Below are positions 29,401-49,252 of a stretch of DNA of 64,000 nt, piece after piece. Origin of the DNA: Antedon mediterranea (Eukaryota > Animalia > Echinodermata). The stretch is from positions 7,642,422 through 7,706,421 of the forward strand of contig NC_092678.1 in NCBI RefSeq assembly GCF_964355755.1, written 5' to 3'. How positions within the stretch are numbered: position 1 is the first letter of the stretch; every line of letters begins with the position of its first letter. The translations under genes and the position numbers were made by a program. The notes below the pieces were generated by a model. It was not told the DNA's origin and made no database searches. It was given only the letters and a program-made list of their open reading frames with translations.

Positions 29401-31391
29401 GTGTTCAAAAACATTATTTAATATAAAAAATAATAATCCACAATAGACCACATAAATTACAACACATATTCTTGTCAAAGCACAGTAAAGTTTTTATAAA
29501 ATCAAATATAACTAGAATTTAATTCGTCACTTTGACGAATTATAGATGATCATTTTACTGAAATAATTTTTTTTTTACTTGCACGTACGTTAACATACGA
29601 TCGGAAAATGTTGATGTATGCCATCCTATTATACGCTTATAGTGCTGAGTTGTGCCTTATTATTATTATATGCCATATATAATATGTACAGTATTATATA
29701 ATGTATATCTATATACGGGACACACATGTTCTAATTTTTTGGTATGATGGAATTAGGGAGTTTTCGCCATCTTATGAATACGATAACGAAAACGGACACG
29801 TCACGCACACGTATTCGTTTTTCGTAAGCCAGTAAAAATCTGTTTCGCATGGCAACAAAATATTGAGGGCGCCGTCCAAAATATGACTGCGGTAAATTTG
29901 AGCAAAGCGCAGGTTTATGTTGCTTGGCTGCCTAGGCCTAGCGTAACAACTAACATCAAAGCGAGAAAGGACTTTAAAAACTGCTATGTATCAAAATTGA
30001 CCTGACATTTTAGTAAATTACTTTAGTAAATTACTTTCAATAAATCTATAATTATATAATCATGAATCATTCCTTATTCAAATGCAAAATAGAAGATCAA
30101 AAACTATAGTGATTGTAGTTACGAATATGACTGGTGATATTCGTCAACACGAATACGCTTTACGAATATGAAATGGGGATCAGCTTAAAAGTTTTATAAA
30201 TGTGTGATGTATCTGTTTTCATTATCGTATTCGTAAGGTTGCGAAACCTCCCTAATTAATTTGCGCATTTTGTCATTTTGAACCTGCTCGTATAGCGTTA
30301 TTTTATATCGGAACTGACTCAAATTTGGTGAATGTACTAAGGATGGTGAGTAGAATGCGATTTGTAAAAAAAAATTCGTATTTTTTTACGCTATTTAAGT
30401 AACGTGCGCACAAAAAATTTTGTTTGCGCAGTAATTTTTTGAAACACACAAATGGCCTAATTCATGCTCTAAATTGATCAAAACTTAATTTTCAGGTTTT
30501 TAAATTTTTAAAGCGTTATTTTTACCTTGACCTGAAGTTTACGTGATAATGAATTATGGAGATATGATTGATAATGTGATTTCACAAAATGGCGTATAAA
30601 CATGGAGTATGGTATAAATGACATCATGAATGAGTGATCACGCTGAAAAGCTTATTAGAATTAAGTTATATTATTTGAAAGATATTGTGAAATTTTGGTA
30701 ATCATTGACATTAAACTTTTTGAGATAATTGTTACACAAAATAGTGCCCAGAAACAATAACAATAAAGATTTGATACAATAACAATAGGTGATCATTTTA
30801 TTCTAAATGATCACCTAATTATTGTTAACCGCAATAAAATAAATAATTTCTTGGTAATCTAGCATTTTGTGTATACGAGGATCATATAGAATGCGTTCTC
30901 ATGCATAGGCTCAACACAGGCGTAGTAGTGCGTACTGTGTAGGGAATATCTGATTGGTCAATTGTAGCCACAATCTTGTTGGTTCCCTCTCAATGGATAA
31001 TCACTTTTGAACTGCGATGACATTAAAAGATTGCATCCAGGCTTCGGTTATTACAAATCACTGGGTTGAACACATTTTTTGGTTGGCTAGCAACCACGCA
31101 GCGCCACCTACCGCCATGACTTCAGCACCGTATATTAGAGAGAAACACCATCCTGACAACCCAACCAACCACAAATACCAAAACAAAATAAACATGTATT
31201 GTAACACGAGAAATCGTATACAGTATTACACGTTGAAACACTAGGCCTACTCAATAGCCAGGGTTATTTGCTTAGCCAAACGAATTGAGAATTAGGGGTC
31301 TTGACTCACCTGTCGTTTGAGATGAGCATAATCTGAAACATTGTAGAAGTAACAGAATCAACGTTATCACCACACACTTTTGATCAAACAT
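2199..31391 (-). CDS. Gene A (3' part outside window): SP-EGF-F-type lectin-HYR-HYR..., paralogue of B and C with TE-inflated introns
   Basis: Exons 31310-31391, 24406-24519, 20216-20362, 19375-19467, 13438-13635, 12779-13015, 2199-2429. All are open and GT-AG with phase-1 junctions, and are homologous to gene B exons. Confidence 0.8.
2771..8654. mobile_element. Non-autonomous DNA transposon with long modular inverted repeats, hosting a LINE insertion
   Basis: Left end TGAACCTAGAACAAATTGCAACAGAATT is the reverse complement of 8621-8649. About 300-bp subterminal units occur at 2830-3430 and, inverted, at 4620-5231 and 8343-8600. Superfamily not determined. Confidence 0.75.
5232..8342 (+). mobile_element. 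L2/Crack/Daphne-like LINE, ORF2 (APE endonuclease plus reverse transcriptase) with two frameshifts
   Basis: ORFs 5279-6604 (NCRS, FSETWL, GDYN, IDNI, SDHFPI), 6564-7652 ([35 protein letters not shown]) and 7742-8149; AATAAA and short (TTGAA)n tail; no ORF1. Confidence 0.92.
9361..9433 (-). pseudogene. 5S rRNA-derived fragment (SINE3-type head or 5S pseudogene)
   Basis: Reverse complement TCGTCAGATCACCGAAGTTAAGCAATGTTGGTCCTGGCTCTAAAGCTTGAATGGGTGACCATCTGGGAATA aligns by eye with the internal control region of eukaryotic 5S; both 5S ends are missing. Confidence 0.7.
9704..12645. mobile_element. Foldback-like element with inverted arms built of about 140-bp units; right arm interrupted and truncated
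   Basis: 10121-10370 is the reverse complement of 11205-11455; the unit recurs at 9840-10120 and 11455-11529/12596-12645; outer limits are approximate. Confidence 0.6.
11530..12595. mobile_element. Mutator-like (MULE) MITE
   Basis: About 70-bp near-perfect TIRs GGGTGTCACGAAACCTAAGACCACGAAAGCTAAGACCCCC...; 10-bp TSD GCTCTGAACA at 11520-11529 and 12596-12605. Confidence 0.9.
12779..13015 (-). CDS. Gene A HYR exon 1
   Basis: PIVTCPSDI...VTWNPPTVIDD...CTPSSGSSFPAGPTTVTCNATDSDDNTGECNFTV, HYR consensus. Confidence 0.9.
13438..13635 (-). CDS. Gene A F-type lectin exon 3
   Basis: ...NRCG...VRCDPDRNGRFV...ITVCEVDVYG matches the FTLD C-terminal C..C..GR.V..CEV.V pattern. Confidence 0.85.
13970..14215 (-). 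mobile_element. Fragment of the MITE family seen at 21950-22575
   Basis: Reverse complement of 22285-22535; further fragments lie at about 24600-25040 and 28135-28240. Confidence 0.65.
14526..15693. mobile_element. Putative TIR element with internal 15-bp repeats
   Basis: GAAAGGGTCTTTGGTACT / AGTACTAAAGACCCTTTC inverted ends; GGGACGATTCGGCCC-type repeats at 14579-14646 are inverted at 15297-15362; no TSD found. Confidence 0.5.
16842..17482 (-). mobile_element. Solo LTR (Gypsy-like)
   Basis: TGTAATATA...TATATTACA termini, 4-bp TSD GTAG on both sides, minus-strand AATAAA near 16922. Confidence 0.75.
18041..18798 (+). mobile_element. Helentron-associated (DINE-1/HINE-like) non-autonomous element
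   Basis: Starts ACTAG; subterminal GGTTATCCGC (18074) is repeated in the 3' hairpin GGTTATCCGC-CAAGT-GCGGATAACC (18768-18792); the same 3' end occurs at 2158-2190. Confidence 0.6.
19375..19467 (-). CDS. Gene A F-type lectin exon 2
   Basis: VSENQNPYWYVDLGNVYSIDFILVDTPYGYE, containing the PWW.VDLG-type motif. Confidence 0.8.
20216..20362 (-). CDS. Gene A F-type lectin exon 1
   Basis: ISRGKPAYQSTTY...ASLAVDLN...GSCSRT resembles the FTP/fucolectin N-terminus (A.GKPA.QSS...A..AVDGN...SC.HT). Confidence 0.85.
21950..22575. mobile_element. Kolobok-type MITE
   Basis: TTAA|AGACCCCTTCCCTGC ... GTAGGGAATGGGGCT|TTAA: TTAA TSD, AG..CT termini, imperfect TIR. Confidence 0.7.
24406..24519 (-). CDS. Gene A EGF-like exon
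   Basis: DPCSPNPCLNGRCRLGSDESTISCSCRNGYTGDRCEYQ, six-Cys EGF pattern, phase 1-1. Confidence 0.85.
27640..28028 (+). mobile_element. HINE-like element, same family as 35814-36484
   Basis: ACTAGAAAGCCACTCCGAG start and TACCTCCATGGCAGAGGTA 3' hairpin; reverse-complement similarity to 35814-36484. Confidence 0.6.
28300..31100. repeat. Cluster of inverted and tandem copies of a DNA-transposon-like repeat in gene A intron 1
   Basis: 28521-28670 is inverted at 29124-29272 and 30900-31010; 28860-29120 is duplicated at 29332-29510/30819-30900; about 100-bp hairpin at 28784-28885. Confidence 0.6.
29511..30818 (+). mobile_element. HINE-like element with an empty-site paralogue nearby
   Basis: ACTAG start, subterminal GATGATCATTT, 3' hairpin TAGGTGATCATTT-TATTCT-AAATGATCACCTA; interrupts AAATATAATTATTGTTAA, which is intact at 29033-29050. 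Confidence 0.7.
31310..31391 (-). CDS. Gene A exon 1, signal peptide
   Basis: MFDQKCVVITLILLLLQCFRLCSSQTT followed by a GTGAGT donor; homologous to gene B exon 1. Confidence 0.75.
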
Positions 31392-31989
31392 CGTATTTTT
31401 TCATTCCTGTCGAACTTTTCCTTAACACCTTTTTACTTTGATTTTTCCCAAAGTTGTTTCCTTGTATAATAGCGCCCTCAAGAATTAGAGAAAATATTAT
31501 CAATGGTGCCTGGTGGGCACCCAACCGTGTACCTGGCTAATGCAACGTATTATAATTTCAATAGAGTTTCCAAGATTTAACCCGACGCCAAGTAGATGAC
31601 ATCTTCGGGACCCAACAGTAATTTTCCCGGTCATTAATAGGGGTGACCTACCCTAAGGACACTAACCAAAAACCGAAATTGTTCCTTAATAGGTACAGTT
31701 TTGTAGTGGAAAAAATCAAAACAAAAAACAAAACGAACAATAATCGATCTGGACTCACGAATGAGAAGAATTAAAAATTTAGCAGCCAGCGTTTCAACAA
31801 TGGAAAATGTCAAACCAGAGAAAGTATCATAATAATTATAATATAACGATATAAATCTAGTCGTAGTAATTTTCACCAGTAACTTTTTTGGGGAACCTGT
31901 GCCTTTGTCCATTTTTCGCCGCTTGTCATTATTTTTGTTGTTACTTTTTGTCTTTGGACGTAAATAAATATTTTCTGAGACGGGAAAGG

Positions 31990-34900
31990 GATTTACGTTA
32001 GAAACAGAATAAAGTCAATGAAAGATGGAAGATAATTAATGTCAGAGAACAGAATGAAGTCAGTGAGAGACTGGAAGAGAATTCACGTCAGAAAACAAAA
32101 TGAAGTCAATGATAGACTGGAAGAGAATTCACGTCAGAACACAGAATGAAGTCAGCGAGAGATTAGAAGAGAATTCACGTCAGAACACAGAATGCAGTCA
32201 GTGAGCGACTGGAATAGAATTCACGGCTGAACACTGAATGAAGTGAGAGACTGGAAGAGAATTCACGTCTGAACACTGAAAGAAGTGAGAGACTGGAAGA
32301 GAATTCACGTCTGAACACTGAATGAAGTGAGAGACTGGAAGAGAATTCACGTCTGAACACTAAATGAAGTGAGAAACTGGAAGAGAATTACGTCTGAACA
32401 CTGAATGAAGTGAGAGCCTGGAAGAGAATTCACGTCTGAACACTAAATGAAGTGAGAGACTGAAAGAGAATTCACGTCAGAACACAGTATAGTCAGTGAG
32501 AGACTAGAAGAGAATTCACGTCTGAACACAGAATGAAGTCAGTGAGACTTGAAGAGAATCACGTCTGAACACTGAATGAAGTCAGTGAGAAACTAGAAGA
32601 GAATTCACGTCAGAACACAAAATAAAGTTAGTGAGACTAGAAGACAATTCACGTCTGAACACAGAATGAAGTCAGTGAGAGACTAGAAGAGAATTCACGT
32701 CTGAACACAGAATGAAGTCAGTGAAAGACTACAAGAGAATTCACTTCAGAACACAGTATAGTCAGTGAGAGACTAGAAGAGAATTCACGTCAGAACACAG
32801 TATAGTCAGTGAGAAACTAGAAGAGAATTCACGTCAGAACACAGGATGAAGTCAGTGATAGAATAGAAGAGAATTCACGTCTGACCACAGTATAGTCAGC
32901 GAGAGACTAGAAGAGAATTCACGTCAGAACACAGAATGAAGTCAGTGATAGAATAGAAGATAATTCACGTCAGAACACAGTATAATTAGTGAAAGACTAG
33001 AAGAGAATTTACGTCAGAACACAGAATGAAGTGAGAGACTGTAAGAGAATTCACGTCTAAACACAGAATGAAGTAAGAGACTGGAAAAGAATTCACGTCA
33101 ACACAGAATGAAGTCAGTGATAGAATAGAAGAAAATTCACGTCAGAGCACAGTATAGTCAGTGAGAGACTAGAAGAGAATTTACGTCTGAACACAGAATG
33201 AAGTCAGTGAGAGACTAGAAGAGAATTCACGTCAGAACACAGAATGAAGTCAGTGAGATACTAGAAGAGAACTTGCGTCAGAACACAGTATAGTTAGTGA
33301 GAGACTAGAAGAGAATTCACGTCAGAACACACAATGAAGTGAGAGACTGGAAGAGAATTCACGTCTGAACACAGAATGAAGTGAGAGACTGGAAGAGAAT
33401 TCACGTATGAACACAGAATGAAGTCAGTGAGAGACTAGAAGAGAATTCACGTCTGAACAGAGAATGAAGTCAGTGAGAGACTAGAAGAGAATTCACGTCT
33501 GAACAGAGAATGAAGTCAGTGAGACTAGAAGAGAATTCACTTCAGAACACAGTATAGTTAGTGAGAGACTAGAAGAGAATTCACGTCAGAACACACAATG
33601 AAGTGAAAGACTGGATGAGAATTCACGTCTGAACACAGAATGAAGTGAGAGACTGGAAGAGAATTCACGTATGAACACAGAATGAAGTCAGTGAGAGACT
33701 AGAAGAGAATTCACGTCTGAACAGAGAATGAAGTCAGTGAGAGACTAAAAGAGAATTCACGTCTGAACAGAGAATGAAGTCAGTGAGACTAGAAGAGAAT
33801 TCACGTCAGAACACAGAACGAAGTCAGTGATAGAATAGAAGAGAATTCACGTCAGAACACACAATGAAGTGAGAGACTGGAAGAGAATTCACGTCTGAAC
33901 ACAGAATGAAGTGAGAGACTGGAAGAGAATTCACGTCTGAACACTGAATGAAGTCAGAGATTGGAAGATCATTCAGTGATGAATGAAGTCGGTGAGAGAC
34001 TAGAAGAGAATTCACGTCAGAACACAAATGAAGTCAGTGAGACTAGAAGAGAATTCACGTCTGAACACAGAATGAAGTCAATGAGAGACTGGAGGAGAAT
34101 TCACGTCAACATAGAATGAAGTCAGTGAGAGACTAGAAGCGAATTCACGTCTGAACACAGAATGAAGTCAGTGAGAGACTAGAAGAGAATTCACTTCAGA
34201 ACACAGTATAGTCAGTGAGAGACTAGAAGAGAATTCACGTCAGAACACAGTATAGTCAGTGAGAGACTAGAAGAGAATTCACGACAGAACACAGGATGAA
34301 GTCAGTGATAGAATAGAAGAGAATTCACGTCTGACCACAGTATAGTTAGGGAGAGACTAGAAGAGAATTCACGTCAGAACACAGAATGAAGTCAATGAGA
34401 GACTAGAAGAGAATTCACGTCAGAACACACAATGAAGTGAGAGACTGTAAGAGAATTCACGTCTGAACACAGAATGAAGTGAGAGACTGGAAAAGAATTC
34501 ACGTCAACATAGAATGAAGTCATTGATAGAATAGAAGAGAATTCACGTCAGAACATAGTATAGTCAGTGAGAGACTATAGAAGAGAATTTACGTCCGAAC
34601 ACAGAATGAAGTCAGTGAGTTACTAGAAGAGAACTCACGTCAGAACACAGAATGAAGTCAGTGATAGAATAGAAGAGAATTCACGTCAGAACACAGTATA
34701 GTTAGTGAGAGACTAGAAGAGAATTCACGTCAGAACACACAATGAAGTGAGAGACTGGAAGATAATTCACGTCTGAACACAGGATGAAGTGAGAGACTGG
34801 AAGTGAATTCACGTCTGAACACAGTATAGTCAGTGAGCGATTAGAAGAGAATTCACGTCTGAACACAGAATGAAATCAGTGATAGAACAGAAGAGAATTC

Positions 34901-35175
34901 ACGTCTGAACACAGTATAGTCAGTGAGAGACTAGAGAGAGAATTTAGGTCTGAACACAGAATGAAGTCAATGAGAGACTGGAGGAGAATTCACGTCAACA
35001 CAGAATGAAGTCAGTGAGAGACTAGAAGAGAATTCACGTCAGAACACAGTATAGTTAGTGAGAGCCTGGAAGAGAATTCATGTCAGAACACAGAATGAAA
35101 TCAGTGAGAGACTAGAAGAGAATTCACGTCCGAACACTAAACTAAGTCAGTGAGACTAGAAGAGCATTCACGTTC
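31990..35175. repeat. Tandem satellite/minisatellite, 42-46-bp unit, roughly 70 copies
   Basis: Consensus GAAGAGAATTCACGTC(A/T)GAACACAGAATGAAGTCAGTGAGAGACT(A/G); edges are degenerate. Confidence 0.97.
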
Positions 35176-35813
35176 ATTCAGAGATTACTGCAGAAAGGAA
35201 TCCACCCAACCCACCTTATACTTATGCATTTCATGCTTTGCAGGTGGTCATTCCAATACTATTATTCAATATTGATTGGTTTTAAAGATACAGAATTGTA
35301 GTAGTAAGAGTTTATACAACAACATATCTTAATCTCTCAACGAATATGAAACAAGTATTTGTCTGAAATGTTTGTTTCTAATCTTATTTTTTTATTTATC
35401 CATCTATTCAGGGAAGAGTAAAATTACAATTACAGTAATTACTCTTCTCTTATTTATTCTTCATTCCTTTTTGCTTCTGTTCACAATTTCAGTCAATGAT
35501 TAAACATCTAAAAAAATACGACATAATGTTTTTCATAATTGTATAATTATAAATACAGATAGTATAGCTACAATGTCAGTTATTTGCTATGTTGACTGAA
35601 GATGCAAATCATTACCCTTTATCTTAAAGTAATATTTAATTTATTTTGGACACACTGAATATTAGAAATTACTCTCATTAATTTTTTTATTACTACAGTA
35701 AATTATTCTATTAATAGAATTAACAATAACTTATTTCTGTGCACAATCTGAGTACGTATTCGTATTGTTATAAATTTTATTGGAATACCATGCATCATAT
35801 ATTATATTATAAT

Positions 35814-36484
35814 TTACCTCCGCCAAGGAGGTATATGTAATCGGTAGCGTGTGTTTGTTTGTTTGTTTGTTAGCAGGATTACTCAAAAAGTAATCACAAG
35901 ATCTTTACCAAAATGAATAGACAGATAGATATGTGGTCAAGGACCATTCCATTACATTTTGGGACCATTTGGGACCACAGTCCCAATTCTGGACCACTTT
36001 TTAGTATACTTTTTCAGACCTGCTAGTGTTAAAAGATAGGACAGAATTTTTCAAAAGCCGGCGAGCAGTCTTAAAGTAACAAGTAAACTGAAATTGCATT
36101 TTCTCGAGAACTACTTGTCCAAAAAACTTCATTTTTTAACAAGAGGCAAGAGTTATAATTTGTGATTTGTAATTTTAAAACATAATTTGATTTAATGTGC
36201 ACGTTTTTTGATGCGAGTAGTTTAAAAAACCTATTTCTTTTCAAATTCACTCGTTTGATTTTCGCGTTGCTGTTCTGTTGTTAGTCAACTGAAGCTATTG
36301 TTAATTGAAAGGCTTGTTACATAACCATTACACCAAACTCGCATACACATGCTTGTAATGAAATTAGCCTAATCAAAAACAGCATTAAGACTAAAAAAAT
36401 ATATTTTTTTTTTACCGGAGAAATCTTATGTAGGAGAATTTTACAGTAGGCGGAGGTATGCACTCTCGGAGTGGCTTTCTAGTT
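35814..36484 (-). mobile_element. HINE-like element
   Basis: TACCTCCGCCAAGGAGGTA hairpin, (GTTT)n tract, subterminal GGCGGAGGTA, terminal CTAGT. Confidence 0.7.
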
Positions 36485-37399
36485 ATTATATTTATTATTC
36501 TATTCAAAAATTATTTCTTTTGCAGTATTATAGAAAATTATATTATTTATAGCTAGCTTACCATGTGTAATCAGTTGTTTTTTTTTAGCTGCCTGATTTT
36601 TTTGCCCAGTATTATACCAAATATCAATTATTAATTATTTACCTTGATTACCCTGTATAAACTAATTTATATTTACTACTGATTATTGCAAACATTAATG
36701 TATTTGTTCTGTTTCACGAAGTGGAAGAACGTGTTCTTCTATTTCTTTTACGTTGCTTTTCATTCATTTACCAAATCAGCACTGTGGTTTCGGTTCCATG
36801 TAACAGAAAAGGTGTTACTCTTTATCCTGTATAAGCCTTTTTCTTTTAATCATTTGTTGCATGAACTGAGCATTATACATTTTATTTAGTAGAACCGCTC
36901 TGCATTATACTGAATAATATACTATAATTCTTATTGGCTTAAATCTGTAGTTTATTATCAATTTATCTAATTGCATGAAAAATGCCAACTTAAATATAAT
37001 ATTGCTTTCTGTGTACTGTAGTGGATATTTTCAATAATTTACAATTTAAATGCTTGGAGATGTCTCAGATAACTAGAAATTTAAACTTAGGTGCTTTACT
37101 GTTTTAACAGTATAGAGAACATGTGGGTATGTACATTAATCTCAACAAATTACACTCAACTATGTGACATTATGTGAAAACTTGAACAGTGATGGGTCAT
37201 ATACTAAACACCATACGCCATACATAATACATGTAGTACCACATGTGCCTAGGTTACAAACCCTAACATACCATGCATGGTTCGTTATGTATAGTGTGTT
37301 TGTGATGTATAGATGTGACATGTGGTGGTATGGGTTTAGTAGAACCACCACTGGTATGATGGATGAACAAAGACAACACAATTCACTACCAAATACACA

Positions 37400-47891
<10,492 letters not shown>

Positions 47892-49252
47892 TGTCTTCTT
47901 TCCAACAAACATAAACTTGAGAGCATGAAACTTTCACTGTTACTGTACAGTTGTGTACTCAGGGAGTTGTTGAATTAAAAATTATTTCCTGGTACTTTAA
48001 ATTTCTGGTCTCTTTGTTCTGAAATAAAAAGAATTTCTTCCGTTTTATGTTGTGCCAAGGCTATCACACCAAACAAACAACCTGTCACACCCTTTCATTA
48101 CATATAGGCCTACAATACATTTATTCAGCTATCACGCTTGGTAAAACCATGGAGGAATTGGGCTAAATTTACCACATGCATATACAGTACTTGGTTGTAC
48201 AACAAAATATGCGCACCACTGGTTGTATACAGGGCTTAGCTAGAGTTAATCTATCAAACCAGTTCTATTATGTAACAGACTTTGTCATCTAAAACAAGAC
48301 AGGCAAGCAAATCAGTCAAGAAAATCATGCCTTTAGTATAAATAATGTCTAAAAAATAAATGATTTTCTCTATCACAAGCACAAAATTATACCAATGCAA
48401 TGAAGTGATGCATCAAACAAAAATAAATAATAAAATTTAAAAAAAAACAAAAACATTTAAAACTAAATTGCTGTTTTATTTTAAAAAAGAAGAACATTAT
48501 AAATTCTAAATTATTCCTACAAATAGCTTACATTTGAATAACTAAATTGCTATGTAGCCCGAATAAAAATGCAATCATAATCATAAAAATATACTGTATA
48601 TATTGTTTTTATGTTTTTGCACAGATAGAGTATTGAAATTACATTATATTTAGCTGGGTTACCATTCATTGGCTTATACACTGCACCTGCTATAATCTTG
48701 ACTTATTTTTATATATCATAAACTGAGTACAGTACTTAATGGTTGATTCAACCCATATCAAGGGGACAATATTTTTTGTCCATCACAAAATCAAACAAAA
48801 AAGACTAGATAATTATATTCATTTATATCTATACAAAAATGGATATCATAATAATGTTGGCTGGTAAGTTTTCTTGAGTCCAGTTCATTGTTCATTTTGG
48901 TAAGTTTTTTCCAAACCCAATCTTTTTGGGTCCTGTAGGTGTCCCCAGTGGTTCTACTGTATTAACTATTGTTTTAACATGAAGAAATATTGTAAAATGT
49001 ATAATGTATCAAAATCTAGTAGGATATTAACTCGATATCTCCAAATCAGCCCATTGTATTCACAGAATCCAGAATATTTGGTTACTGTTTTTAAAAACCC
49101 CCCGAATTGTTAATTTAGAATCATTATATAACCATAGACTTATTTTGATATCTTTAGTTTAGTTTCATTCTGCTATAAGAAAACTCAGACCAGACTACTG
49201 CATGATGGACGGAGAAGATCAACAATCAATTCACTACCAAATACGCATCACA

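Noticed and set aside
31400-31650. NF-kB/ETS/IRF-like sites upstream of A (and at 47920-48050 for B)
   Set aside because: Short degenerate matches are expected by chance in AT-rich DNA, and there is no convincing alignment between the two promoters.
31990-35175. CRISPR-like array
   Set aside because: Units are contiguous with no unique spacers, there are no cas genes, and the context is eukaryotic. ORFs 32175-32360 and 33824-34027 are repeat translations.
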